Shown piece by piece: positions 17,838 to 28,652 of a stretch of 64,000 bases of DNA. Position 1 is the stretch's first letter, and the number at the start of each line of letters is the position of its first letter. This stretch comes from an uncultured Actinomycetes bacterium (GTDB lineage: Bacteria; Actinomycetota; Thermoleophilia; UBA2241). The stretch lies in contig CAVYCN010000002.1 in the NCBI GenBank assembly GCA_963767005.1, forward strand, positions 224,001-288,000, read 5' to 3'. The notes below the pieces were generated by a model. It ran no database searches. It was not told the origin of the DNA and saw nothing but the letters and a program-made list of their open reading frames with translations. Made by a program: the position numbers and the translations under genes.

Positions 17838-20504
17838 ATGACCGACGACACGAACGACCTGCAGACCCAGACGCGGTTCGAGCCCGGACCCGTCGAGGAG
17901 CGCTGGATGCGGCGCTGGCTCGACGGGCACCTGTTCCACGCCGCGCCCGACCCCGGCCGGCCGGCCTACTCGATGGTCATCCCGCCGCCGAACATCACGG
18001 GCAACCTGCACATGGGTCACGCGTTGAACGACGCCGTCCAGGACGTCCTGACCCGCCACCAGCGCATGCTGGGCGCCGACGCCTGCTGGCTGCTGGGCAC
18101 CGACCACGCCGGCATCGCCACGCAGAACGTGGTCGAGAAGCGGCTGCGCGCCGAGGGGCTCACGAAGGAGGACCTGGGCCGCGAGGAGTTCGTGCGCCGT
18201 GTGTGGGCCTGGCGCGAGCAGTACGGCAACACCATCGTCGGTCAGATCAAGCGCCTCGGCTGCGCCTGCGACTACGAGCGCGAGCGCTTCACGTTCGACG
18301 ACGCCTACGTGCGCGCCGTCGTCAAGGTCTTCGTCGCCCTGCACGCCAAGGGCTACATCTACAAGGACCACTACATCGTCAACTGGTGCCCGCGTTGCGG
18401 CACGGCGATCAGCGATCTCGAGGTCGAGTACGTCGAAGTGGCCGGCCACCTGTACCACGTGCGCTACGAGCTCAAGGGCGGCGGCTCGGTGACGATCGCC
18501 ACGACGCGGCCCGAGACCATGCTGGGAGACACGGCGGTCGCGGTGAACCCCGCCGACGGGCGGTACGCCGGCGTCGTCGGTCGCACGGCGGTGCTGCCGC
18601 TGCTCGGGCGCGAGCTCGCCATCGTGGCCGATGAACGGGTCGACCCTGACTTCGGCACCGGCGCCCTCAAGATCACCCCGGCCCACGACTTGACCGACTT
18701 CGACATCGGCCGCGACCACAGGCTGCCGACGGTGCAGGCGATCGGCCCCGACGGCCGCATCACCGCCGAGGGCGGCCCCTACGCCGGTCTCACGATCGCC
18801 GCGGCGCGCGAGCGCGTGGTCGCCGACCTGCGCGCCGCCGGCGCGCTCGAGAAGGTCGAGGATTACACCCACAGCGTGGCCACCTGCCAGCGCTGCGGCA
18901 CGCACATCGAGCCGCTCATCTCGCTGCAGTGGTTCATGCGCATGGACGAGCTCAAGCGACCGGCCATCGCGGCCGTGCGCGACGGTCGGGTGCGTTTCGT
19001 GCCGGAGCGCTGGGGCCGTGTGTACCTCGACTGGATGGAGAACCTGCGGCCCTGGTGCATCTCGCGCCAGCTCTGGTGGGGTCACCAGCTCCCCGTGTGG
19101 TACTGCGAGAGCGAGGGCTGCGACGAGATGATCGTGGCCGAGCGCGCGCCGCAGGCGTGCCCCGCCTGCGGCGGCACGCGCCTGCGGCGCGAGACCGACG
19201 TGCTCGACACCTGGTTCAGCTCGGCGCTGTGGCCGTTCGCGACCTGGGGCTGGCCCGACGAGACGCCGGACCTCGCCTACTTCTACCCGACCAGCGTGCT
19301 CAGCACGGCGCGCGACATCATCTTCCTGTGGGTCGCGCGCATGATCATGATGGGTCTCGAGTTCAGGGGCGAGGTGCCCTTCCGCGACGTCTACATCCAC
19401 TCGGTGATCCAGGCGGCCGACGGCCGGCGCATGAGCAAGTCGCTCGGCACCGGCATCGACCCGCTCGAGATGATCGACAAGTACGGCGCCGACGCGACGC
19501 GCTTCGGCCTGCTGCTCATGTCGAGCAGCCAGGACGTGCGCTTCTCCGAAGAGAAGATCGCGATGGGCCGCAACTTCGCCAACAAGCTCTGGAACGCCGG
19601 GCGCCTCGTGCTGCTCGCAGCCGACGGCGCCGCGCCGGCCCGGTCCGACGACGACCCGGTCGACCGCTGGATCACGAGCCGCCTGGCGCGGGCTACGGCG
19701 GCCGTGCGCGAGGCGCTCGACGGCTACGCCTTCTCGGTCGCGGTCGACGAGCTCTACCACTTCGTCTGGGACGAGGTCTGCGACTGGTACCTCGAGCTCG
19801 TGAAGGCGCGTCTCTACAGCGACGACGCCGCCACGCGCGCCGGCGCCGCCGGACACGCCATGTACGTCCTCGACGGCGTCGTGCGGCTGCTGCACCCCTT
19901 CCTGCCGTTCGTGACCGAGGAGATCGCCGCGCACTACGGCGCGGCGCCGCTGCTCGTAGGCCCTTACGCGGTGGCCGCCGAGAGCGACCGCCGGCCTGCC
20001 GACGAAGCCGACCTCGATCGTCTGCGCGCCGCCGTGCAGGCCCTGCGCGCCTACCGCGCCGACCACCGTATCGCCCCCGGCGAGGTGCTGGGCGCGACGT
20101 TCGTGGCCGACGCCGGCGATCCGGCGGGCGACGGCGCGACGGCGCTCTACGGGTCGTTCGCCTTCGCCTTCAGAGCGCTCGCCAGGGTCGAGCTCGCGCC
20201 GGCGGGCGCCGGGCCGGCCGCGGCGGTCGCGACCGGCGCCGACGCCGACACGGCCGTCGTGCTCGTGCCCGGCGGGCGCGTCGAGGTGGCGGCGCCGACC
20301 GTCGATCGCAGCGAGGAGCTGCGCCGCCTGCGCGCCCAGCTCGAACGGCTCGAGGGCGAGGTGCGCCGCAGCGAGGCCAAGCTGGCCAACGCCGGCTTCG
20401 CCGAGCGCGCCCCCGCCGCCGTGATCGACAAGGAGCGCGCCAAGCTCGCCGCCTACAGCGCCGACCGCGACGAGCTCGCGGCGCGCCTCGCCGGCCTCTC
20501 CTAG
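17838..20504 (+). CDS. valS: Valyl-tRNA synthetase
   Basis: PPPNITGNLHMGH, WCISRQLWWGH and RMSKS motifs plus the C-terminal coiled coil. Confidence 0.97.
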   Translation: MTDDTNDLQTQTRFEPGPVEERWMRRWLDGHLFHAAPDPGRPAYSMVIPPPNITGNLHMGHALNDAVQDVLTRHQRMLGADACWLLGTDHAGIATQNVVEKRLRAEGLTKEDLGREEFVRRVWAWREQYGNTIVGQIKRLGCACDYERERFTFDDAYVRAVVKVFVALHAKGYIYKDHYIVNWCPRCGTAISDLEVEYVEVAGHLYHVRYELKGGGSVTIATTRPETMLGDTAVAVNPADGRYAGVVGRTAVLPLLGRELAIVADERVDPDFGTGALKITPAHDLTDFDIGRDHRLPTVQAIGPDGRITAEGGPYAGLTIAAARERVVADLRAAGALEKVEDYTHSVATCQRCGTHIEPLISLQWFMRMDELKRPAIAAVRDGRVRFVPERWGRVYLDWMENLRPWCISRQLWWGHQLPVWYCESEGCDEMIVAERAPQACPACGGTRLRRETDVLDTWFSSALWPFATWGWPDETPDLAYFYPTSVLSTARDIIFLWVARMIMMGLEFRGEVPFRDVYIHSVIQAADGRRMSKSLGTGIDPLEMIDKYGADATRFGLLLMSSSQDVRFSEEKIAMGRNFANKLWNAGRLVLLAADGAAPARSDDDPVDRWITSRLARATAAVREALDGYAFSVAVDELYHFVWDEVCDWYLELVKARLYSDDAATRAGAAGHAMYVLDGVVRLLHPFLPFVTEEIAAHYGAAPLLVGPYAVAAESDRRPADEADLDRLRAAVQALRAYRADHRIAPGEVLGATFVADAGDPAGDGATALYGSFAFAFRALARVELAPAGAGPAAAVATGADADTAVVLVPGGRVEVAAPTVDRSEELRRLRAQLERLEGEVRRSEAKLANAGFAERAPAAVIDKERAKLAAYSADRDELAARLAGLS

Positions 20505-20518
20505 GGGGCGCGACGGCG

Positions 20519-21826
20519 GTGGGCGCCGGCGGCCGCGGCGGCGGCTGGCAGGACTACCTTCACTCGCTGGCCGTCTTTGGCATGCGGCCCGGTCTCGAGC
20601 GCGTGGCGGCGTTGCTCGCTCGCCTCGATCACCCCGAGCATACGTTTCGCGCCGTCCACGTCGTCGGCACCAACGGCAAGTCCTCGACCACCCGGTACGC
20701 GGCGGCGATCCTGCGCGAGGCCGGGCTGCGCGCCGGCGCCTACCTGTCGCCGCACATCACCGGCTTTAACGAGCGGGTGCTCGTCGACGGCCGGCCGATC
20801 GCCGCCGCCCGGCTGGGGGCGGCCGTCGAGCTCGTGCGTGCCGAGTGCGGGCGGTTGCCGGCCGAGCTCGGCGACTGCACGCAGTTCGAGGTGCTGACCG
20901 TGGCCGCCCTCGCGGCGCTGCGCGAGGCCGGGGTGCGGGCGGCCGCGATCGAGGCGGGGCTGGGCGGCCGTCTCGACGCCACCAACGTGCTCGCCGCGCC
21001 GGTCGTCGTGCTCACCACGATCGGCCTCGAGCACACTGCCGTGCTGGGCGACACCCGCGAGCTGATCTTCGCCGAGAAGGCGGCCGTGATAGGGCGCGGC
21101 GCCGACGCGGTGTTCGGGCCGCTCGAGGGCCTCGAGGGCGCGGCCGAGCAAGCCTGCGCCCGCGCCCGCGCCCGCGCCCACCTGTTCGGCCGCGACGTCA
21201 TCGTCGAGGGGGAGCCCACGGCCTTCTCGGTGACCGTCGGCGGCGAGCGCTTCGCCGATCTCGCCGTGCCGACTCCCGCGCGCTACCAGACGGTCAACGC
21301 CGGCCTCGCCGTGGCGGCCTGCCGGCTCCTGCTCGGTGCGCTCGAGCCGGCGACGGCGCGCGCGGCTCTCGCCGCCACGGCGGTGCCCGGCCGTCTGCAG
21401 GTGGCCGGGCGCCGCCCGCTGCTGCTCGCCGACGGCGCCCACAACCCCGACGGCGTGCGGGCGCTGTCCGGCGCGTTGCAGGCGCTCGTCCGGCCGGCGC
21501 CGCGCGTGGGAGTCTTCGCCGTAATGGCCGACAAGGCGGTCGACGAGATGCTGGCCGGTCTCGTGCCGCTCGTCGACCGCGTCGTCTGCACGAGGGCGAG
21601 CGAGCCGCGCAGCCTGAGCGGCGACGCGCTTGCGGAGCGCGTGCGGCGCGTCGCCGCCGCGACCGGCGCCGACGTTCGCGTCGAGGACGACCCGCACGCC
21701 GCCGTCGCTCTCGCCCGCGGTCTGGCGGGGCCGTCGGGCTCGGTGCTCGTGGCTGGGTCGCTCTACCTGCTCGCCGACCTGGCCGACCTGCTCGCCCCGG
21801 CCGGCCGGGGCGGTGCGGTATACTAG
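20519..21826 (+). CDS. folC: Folylpolyglutamate/dihydrofolate synthase
   Basis: VGTNGKSST, SPHI, EAGLGGRLDATNV, DGAHN and GSLYL motifs; start approximate. Confidence 0.93.
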   Translation: MGAGGRGGGWQDYLHSLAVFGMRPGLERVAALLARLDHPEHTFRAVHVVGTNGKSSTTRYAAAILREAGLRAGAYLSPHITGFNERVLVDGRPIAAARLGAAVELVRAECGRLPAELGDCTQFEVLTVAALAALREAGVRAAAIEAGLGGRLDATNVLAAPVVVLTTIGLEHTAVLGDTRELIFAEKAAVIGRGADAVFGPLEGLEGAAEQACARARARAHLFGRDVIVEGEPTAFSVTVGGERFADLAVPTPARYQTVNAGLAVAACRLLLGALEPATARAALAATAVPGRLQVAGRRPLLLADGAHNPDGVRALSGALQALVRPAPRVGVFAVMADKAVDEMLAGLVPLVDRVVCTRASEPRSLSGDALAERVRRVAAATGADVRVEDDPHAAVALARGLAGPSGSVLVAGSLYLLADLADLLAPAGRGGAVY

Positions 21827-21877
21827 CCGACGATCGACTCCGTCGTGGTCGCTCAGGCTGGCGCGACTTCGTCGCGC
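21824..21877. repeat. Dispersed ~55-bp repeat, copy 2
   Basis: tagccgacgatcgactccgtcgtggtcgctcaggctggcgcgacttcgtcgcgc. Confidence 0.7.
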
Positions 21878-21916
21878 AGCTCGTCGGCAACCCGCTGGAC
21901 CGTGGAGGCGTAGACC

Positions 21917-22045
21917 GTGGCCCGAGGCTCCTCAAGCCTTATCGTGCGACTGCTCCTGTGGCTGCTGTTCCTGGCCGCCGCCGCCGTCGTCGCCTTTTTC
22001 GTGGGGTACCTGCTCGGGCCGTACGTGGTCACGCACGTGCTGTAG
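21917..22045 (+). CDS. 42-aa single-TM small protein MARGSSSLIVRLLLWLLFLAAAAVVAFFVGYLLGPYVVTHVL
   Basis: SD GGAGG at 21904, GTG start, -10 TATACT embedded in the end of folC; strongly hydrophobic. Confidence 0.65.
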   Translation: MARGSSSLIVRLLLWLLFLAAAAVVAFFVGYLLGPYVVTHVL

Positions 22046-22326
22046 GCACCGCCGCTCGGCCTGCGGCGATCGCCGCGGGCCGGCCCGCCCGCGACATGTC
22101 CCGTCGACCGCTTCCTGAAGGGTTGCGCGGGTGACGTCGCGAACCTAACCGCGGACTCGTTCGTCGCGACGGTCGGGTATGATGGTCAAGCCGACCGGTC
22201 GTGCGACGGACCGCCCGCCGGACGTATTCCGGCCTCTCGGGGCCGGTCGGCAGACTGCGGAAAGGTTCAAACGATGCCGTGGCGGAGCGTCGGGGTCGAC
22301 GCCCGGCCGCGCGAGAAGGAGAGGAC

Positions 22327-22842
22327 GTGCCAAGCCGTCTGCTCGTCGCCGCTTCCGATTCGACCGACCCGTTCGGCTCCATCAAGAGCTTCTTCCACTC
22401 GTCGACCTGGCACTTCGCCGTGCTCATGTTCTGGTTCTTCCTCGCGGTCGTGTGGCTCTCGTGCGCTTACTGGGTGTACAAAGACGCCCGGCGCCGCATC
22501 GACGACCGCATCGTCATCATCGTGGCGGTGCTCACGGGTCTCGTGTTCGGCCCGTTCGGCCTGTTCGTGTACGCCATCCTGCGGCCGCCCGAGTACCTCG
22601 AAGACGCCCGCGAGCGTGAGCTCGAGATGCGCATGCTCGAGCAGCGCCTCGACGGCGACACGCGCTGCCCCTTCTGCAAGACTCCCGTGAAAGACGACTT
22701 CCTCGTCTGCCCGCACTGCATGCGGCGCCTGCGCGAGGTCTGCTCGAGCTGCCACCGCCCGGTCGAACCGGGCTGGCGCATCTGTCCGTACTGCGAAAAG
22801 CAGATCCCGCAGGCGCAGGCGCTCGGGCTCGAGATCAGCTGA
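22327..22842 (+). CDS. Membrane protein with a C-terminal double zinc ribbon
   Basis: TM segments followed by four CxxC (CPFC, CPHC, CSSC, CPYC); SD AAGGAGAGG. Confidence 0.8.
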   Translation: MPSRLLVAASDSTDPFGSIKSFFHSSTWHFAVLMFWFFLAVVWLSCAYWVYKDARRRIDDRIVIIVAVLTGLVFGPFGLFVYAILRPPEYLEDARERELEMRMLEQRLDGDTRCPFCKTPVKDDFLVCPHCMRRLREVCSSCHRPVEPGWRICPYCEKQIPQAQALGLEIS

Positions 22843-22885
22843 CGACGACGGCGCGCCGGCCGGGACCGGCGTGACCGTGACGATC

Positions 22886-22933
22886 GGCCGGGCGGCGGCC
22901 CCGGGCCCGCGGGCCCGGGGCCGCCGCCCGGCC
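22886..22933. terminator. GC-rich palindrome
   Basis: ggccgggcggcggccccgggccc-gc-gggcccggggccgccgcccggcc. Confidence 0.45.
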
Positions 22934-22961
22934 ACATCCGCGACAGCGAAAGGAAGCAGCG

Positions 22962-23375
22962 GTGGAACGGACCTTCATCATGGTCAAGCCCGACGGCGTG
23001 CGCCTGCGCCTCGTCGGTGAGGTGGTAGGGCGCTTCGAGCGGCGCGGCTTCACGCTGCGCGCCATGAAGGCGCTGCACATCGACCGCGACCTGGCGACGC
23101 GGCACTATGCCGAGCACGTCGGCAAGCCCTTCTTCGAGCCGCTGGTCGAGTTCATCACCTCGGGCCCGGTCGTGGCCATGGTGTGGGAGGGGCGCGACGC
23201 GATCTCGGTGGCGCGCGCCATGCTGGGCACGACCGACGCGGCCCAGGCGGCGCCCGGCACGATCCGCGGCGACTTCTCGCTGTCCAAGGAGCAGAACGTC
23301 GTGCATGGTTCCGACGGGCCCGAGAGCGCGGCCCGCGAGATCGCGCTGTTCTTCGCCGACGACGAGCTCGTCTGA
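22962..23375 (+). CDS. ndk: Nucleoside diphosphate kinase
   Basis: [18 protein letters not shown] and NVVHGSD motifs. Confidence 0.97.
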   Translation: MERTFIMVKPDGVRLRLVGEVVGRFERRGFTLRAMKALHIDRDLATRHYAEHVGKPFFEPLVEFITSGPVVAMVWEGRDAISVARAMLGTTDAAQAAPGTIRGDFSLSKEQNVVHGSDGPESAAREIALFFADDELV

Positions 23376-23418
23376 GCCTTCGTCCGCGACGACGAGCTCG
23401 TCCCACCCGCGCCGCCAC

Positions 23419-24075
23419 GTGGCCGCCACGCCGCCCGACCCGCTCCTGGTCCTCGCCTCGCGCTCGCCCCAGCGCCGCGCCATCCTTAACCAGCTCGGCC
23501 TGCCGTTTCGCGTCACGCCGAGCCGGCACGACGAGACCGTCGTCCCCGGCGACCCGGTGGCGACGGTGGTCGACAACGCCCGCGGCAAGGCCGCCGAGGT
23601 GGCCGGGCGCGCGCCCGGCGGCGGCGGCGCCTCCGGCGACGGGCCTGCCGGCGGCGGCGCCTCCGCCGACGGGCCCGCCCCGCTCGTGCTCGGCGTCGAC
23701 ACCGTCGTCGTGCTCGGCGAGCGGGTGCTCGGCAAGGCGGCGTCGACGGCCGAGGCGGCGGCGTACCTCGAGGCCCTGTCGGGCCGCACCCACGACGTCT
23801 ACAGCGGCATCTGGCTGATCGGCCCGGAGGGTCGCGCAATCGCTGCCCACGCGGTGACGGCGGTGACCTTCCGGTCGTTGCCGGCCGCGGCGATCGCCGC
23901 CTACGTGGCGAGCGGGGAGTGGCGCGAGCGCGCCGGCGCCTACGCCATCCAGGGCCTCGGCTCGGCCTTGGTCACGGCGATCGCGGGCGACTACTGGAAC
24001 GTGGTCGGCCTGCCCGTGCCGCGGCTGCTCGATGCCCTCGAGACGTTCGGCCTGAGCCCGTTCTCATGGCTGTAG
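23419..24075 (+). CDS. maf: Maf-family NTP pyrophosphatase
   Basis: LVLASRSPQR, GVDTVV, LGK, AGAYAIQG and NVVGLP motifs; start approximate. Confidence 0.9.
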   Translation: MAATPPDPLLVLASRSPQRRAILNQLGLPFRVTPSRHDETVVPGDPVATVVDNARGKAAEVAGRAPGGGGASGDGPAGGGASADGPAPLVLGVDTVVVLGERVLGKAASTAEAAAYLEALSGRTHDVYSGIWLIGPEGRAIAAHAVTAVTFRSLPAAAIAAYVASGEWRERAGAYAIQGLGSALVTAIAGDYWNVVGLPVPRLLDALETFGLSPFSWL

Positions 24076-24092
24076 GCGGCCGGCGATTCCGT

Positions 24093-24121
24093 TTGGCTCC
24101 GCTCGGAGCGGCGTGTAGTAT
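24093..24121 (+). promoter_or_regulatory. Housekeeping promoter of the mre operon
   Basis: TTGGCT-N17-TAGTAT. Confidence 0.55.
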
Positions 24122-24162
24122 GGATGGTCGAACCCGATGAACCCGATCGAAAGGAGCACGTC

Positions 24163-25209
<1,047 letters not shown>

Positions 25210-25220
25210 GGGTCCCCGCC

Positions 25221-25276
25221 TAGTGCCGACGCTCGACTTCGTCGTCGCCGCCCAGGCCGGCGTGACTTCTTCGCGC
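25221..25276. repeat. Dispersed ~55-bp repeat, copy 3, bracketed by a CCTAGTG direct repeat
   Basis: tagtgccgacgctcgacttcgtcgtcgccgcccaggccggcgtgacttcttcgcgc; CCTAGTG at 25219-25225 and 25278-25284. Confidence 0.75.
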
Positions 25277-25281
25277 CCCTA

Positions 25282-26112
25282 GTGGCTCGTCAGCGCGCCC
25301 TGCGGCGGCGCATCGTCGTCGCCACCCTGGTCCTGCTCTCCGTCGCTCTGCTCACGGTGTACTTCCGCGAGTCGTCCGACGGGCCGGTGCACCGGCTCGA
25401 AGCGACGACCATGAACGTCGTCGCGCCGCTGCAGTCAGGCACGGCGCGTCTCATCCAGCCCTTCCGCGGCGGCTGGAACTGGGTGACCCGGCTGTTCAGC
25501 GCGCAGTCGCAGAACCGCGCGCTGCGCTCCGAGGTGCAGCAGCTGCGCTCGCAGCTCGCCCAGGAGCTCGTCGTCCAGCAGCAGGACGCCGAGCTCAAGG
25601 GGATAGCCAAGATGGCCGCCTCGCCGATCTTCCCCAAGGGCGCGCGCTTCGCCCAGGCCCGCGTGATCGCGCGATCGCCGACGGTGTGGTACTCGACCGT
25701 GACGATCGACGCCGGCAGCGACCAGGGTGTCCGCGTGAACGACGCGGTCGTGAACGGCCAGGGTCTCGTCGGGCGCGTGTCGGCGGTCACGCCGGCCGCC
25801 TCCGAGGTGACCCTGATCACCGACCAGGACAGCTACGTCGACGCCATGGCCGTGCCCAACCTCGCCCAGGGCCTCGTCGCCGGCAGCGTGACCGGCGACG
25901 TCACCATGCAGTACGTCGACCGCTCCGAGAAGGTCGTGGCCGGGCAGGTGGTCGTGACGAGCGGCATGCAGAGCTCGATCTTCACGCGCGGCATCCCGAT
26001 CGGGCAGGTCTCGGCCGTGGCCCAGCAGGACGTCGAGCTCTACCAGAGCATCTCGGTCACGCCGTACGTCGACTTCCACACCCTCGACCTCGTGATGGTG
26101 GTGCTGCCGTGA
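25282..26112 (+). CDS. mreC: Rod shape-determining protein MreC
   Basis: N-terminal TM, coiled coil, TIDAGS, GLVGRV, VVTSG and GIPIG motifs. Confidence 0.92.
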   Translation: MARQRALRRRIVVATLVLLSVALLTVYFRESSDGPVHRLEATTMNVVAPLQSGTARLIQPFRGGWNWVTRLFSAQSQNRALRSEVQQLRSQLAQELVVQQQDAELKGIAKMAASPIFPKGARFAQARVIARSPTVWYSTVTIDAGSDQGVRVNDAVVNGQGLVGRVSAVTPAASEVTLITDQDSYVDAMAVPNLAQGLVAGSVTGDVTMQYVDRSEKVVAGQVVVTSGMQSSIFTRGIPIGQVSAVAQQDVELYQSISVTPYVDFHTLDLVMVVLP

Positions 26113-26666
26113 GGCAGCGCGTGCCGGCGATCGAGAAGCCCGCCGAGGGGCCCCACATCGCGCTCGAGCTCGGCCGTCTCGCGGTGCTGCTCGTCGTGGC
26201 CACGCTGCTCCAGACGGCCGTGGCGGCGAACGTCCGCATCATCGGCGCCAACCCCGACTTCGCGCTGCTCATCGTGGTCGCCGTCGCCCTCCTGCGCGGC
26301 GCCGAGGTCGGCGCGATCTTCGGCTTTGTGACCGGCGGCATCGTGTCGATTGCGCTGTTCGAGCCGCCGGGCGTGCGCTCGCTCGCGCTCGTCGCCGTCG
26401 GCTTCCTCGCCGGCCGCTACGCCGAGACGGCCGATCTATCGCCCAACGTGGCGCCGATCGTCTCGGTGTTCGTCGGGACGCTGATCGCCGGGACCCTGTC
26501 GCTGATCGCCCAGTTCCTGCTGGGCCGCGAGGCGCCGCTCGTGTACCTCGTCGACCACTGGCTCGTCCCGGTCCTCATCCTCAACTGCCTGCTGGCCGTG
26601 CCGCTCTACGTGGCGACGCGGTGGTGGCTGAAGGGAGAGTGGCATGTCCGGATATCAGAGACGTAG
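26109..26666 (+). CDS. mreD: Rod shape-determining protein MreD
   Basis: Hydrophobic, PDFALLIVV...GAIFGF; position between mreC and mrdA. Confidence 0.85.
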   Translation: MRQRVPAIEKPAEGPHIALELGRLAVLLVVATLLQTAVAANVRIIGANPDFALLIVVAVALLRGAEVGAIFGFVTGGIVSIALFEPPGVRSLALVAVGFLAGRYAETADLSPNVAPIVSVFVGTLIAGTLSLIAQFLLGREAPLVYLVDHWLVPVLILNCLLAVPLYVATRWWLKGEWHVRISET

Positions 26667-28647
26667 CCGGCCCGGCGCCGACCGCCACTGGATCCGCACG
26701 GCGCGCGGCGACCGGGTGGTGCAGCCGCCGTCGGTCGCGCTGCGCGTCGTGCTGCTCGCCACGCTCGCGGTCTGCCTGATCGGCATCATCGTCTTCCGCC
26801 TCTGGTTCCTGCAGATCCTGTCGGCCCAGCAGTACGTCGCCCAGGCCAACGACAACCGCCTGCGCACGGTGACCGTGCTCGCGCCCCGCGGCACGATCCT
26901 CGACAGCACCGGCAAGGTGCTCGTCGACAACCGGCCCGGTCTCGCCGTCGGCATCAGGCCGATGGATGTGCCGGCCGGTCCCGGGCAGCTCGACCACCTG
27001 GTCGTGCGCCTTGCCCGGCTGCTCGACATGCACCCCTACGAGGTCCGGCAGGCGCTGGTGCGCCAGGTGGGCGTGCCCTGGAAGCAGGTCGTGGCCGGCC
27101 AGGGCATCCAGTACGACTTCGTGACGGTCAAGCAGGACACGAGCCGGCGGACCGTCTCGTACCTGCTCGAGCACACCCAGTTCTACCCCGGCGTCGAGGT
27201 GCGCCAGAACTACCTGCGCGACTACCCGCTGGGCGACCTCGGCGCGCATCTGCTCGGCAGCCTCGGCGAGATCAGCCAGCAGGAGCTCACCGAGCCGTCC
27301 TTCCACGGCTACAAGGCGGGCGACGTGGTGGGTCAGTCGGGCGTCGAGTACACCTACGACCGCTGGCTGCGCGGCGTGAACGGCTCGGTGCGGGTCGAGG
27401 TCGACGCCAGCGGCAAGCCCAAGCAGGTCGTGCCGGGCGGGACCCTGCCGCAGGCGGGCGACAACCTCGAGCTCACGATCGACGCGCGGGTGCAGCGCGC
27501 CGCCGAGAACGCCCTGAACTACGGCGTCGAGCTCGCCCACGAGAACGGTGAACTTGCCGCCGACGGCGGCGCGGCGGTCGTGCTCGACGCCCACACCGGC
27601 GCCGTGATCGCCATGGCGAGCGACCCGACGTACGACCCGGCGTGGCTCGTCGGCAGCGTCTCCCAGAAGCACTGGCGCAAGCTGAACGTCAAAGCCGCCC
27701 CCATGCTCGACCGTACGATCCAGGGGCAGTACCCGATGGGCTCGACGTTCAAGGTCATCGACTCCGTCGCCGCCCTCGAGAACGGCGTGCTTTCGCCGAG
27801 CACGATCATCGACTGCGGCCCGACCTACACGCCGCCGCACACGACCGGCGGGCTGACCTGGAAGGACTGGACGTATCCGAGCGGCTTCGGCCCGATCGAC
27901 ATCACGCAGGCCCTCGCCCAGTCGTGCGACGTGTTCTTCTACAACGTCGGCTACGACTTCTACCGGCAGAAGGGTGAGGGGCTCGAGGACTGGGCCAAGC
28001 GCCTCGGACTGGGGCACCCGACCGGCATCGACCTGCCCGGCGAGGTCGCCGGCCTCGTGCCGACGCCCGAGTGGAAGGACCAGGCCTTCACCAAGAAGAC
28101 CGACCCGAAGGGCTGGCAGATCGACCGCATCTGGAAGCCGGGCGACTCGATCAACCTGGCGATCGGCCAGGGCAACCTCGAGGCGACGCCCATGCAGGCC
28201 GCCGTCGCCTACGCGGCCATCGCCAACGGCGGCTACCAGGTGACGCCCCACCTGGGCGCCAAGATCCTCGACACGCACGGCGACCTCGTGCGCCGCGTGC
28301 CCTACGCGAAGCCCAGGCGACTCAGTATCTCCACCGAGACCCTCAGCGTGATCCAGAACGCCCTGCACGAGGGCGCGAGCACGCCGACCGGCACCTCGTA
28401 CCCGGTGTTCGGCCACTATCCGGTCCAGGTCGCGGGCAAGACCGGCACCGCCCAGGTCTTCGGGCAGAGCGACTACGCCTGGTACTGCAGCTACGCGCCG
28501 GCCAACGACCCGAAGTACGTGGTCGTCGTCATGATCCAGCAGGGCGGCCACGGCGGCGTGAGCGCCGCGCCGGCCGCCCGCATGATCTACGACGCCCTCT
28601 TCCACCTGAAGGTCACAGAGTCGACCGGCGCCGTGCACAGCGACTAG
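26644..28647 (+). CDS. mrdA: Penicillin-binding protein 2
   Basis: RLWFLQI, APRGTILD, GSTFK (SxxK), SCD and KTGT motifs. Confidence 0.93.
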   Translation: MSGYQRRSRPGADRHWIRTARGDRVVQPPSVALRVVLLATLAVCLIGIIVFRLWFLQILSAQQYVAQANDNRLRTVTVLAPRGTILDSTGKVLVDNRPGLAVGIRPMDVPAGPGQLDHLVVRLARLLDMHPYEVRQALVRQVGVPWKQVVAGQGIQYDFVTVKQDTSRRTVSYLLEHTQFYPGVEVRQNYLRDYPLGDLGAHLLGSLGEISQQELTEPSFHGYKAGDVVGQSGVEYTYDRWLRGVNGSVRVEVDASGKPKQVVPGGTLPQAGDNLELTIDARVQRAAENALNYGVELAHENGELAADGGAAVVLDAHTGAVIAMASDPTYDPAWLVGSVSQKHWRKLNVKAAPMLDRTIQGQYPMGSTFKVIDSVAALENGVLSPSTIIDCGPTYTPPHTTGGLTWKDWTYPSGFGPIDITQALAQSCDVFFYNVGYDFYRQKGEGLEDWAKRLGLGHPTGIDLPGEVAGLVPTPEWKDQAFTKKTDPKGWQIDRIWKPGDSINLAIGQGNLEATPMQAAVAYAAIANGGYQVTPHLGAKILDTHGDLVRRVPYAKPRRLSISTETLSVIQNALHEGASTPTGTSYPVFGHYPVQVAGKTGTAQVFGQSDYAWYCSYAPANDPKYVVVVMIQQGGHGGVSAAPAARMIYDALFHLKVTESTGAVHSD

Positions 28648-28652
28648 GCGTG

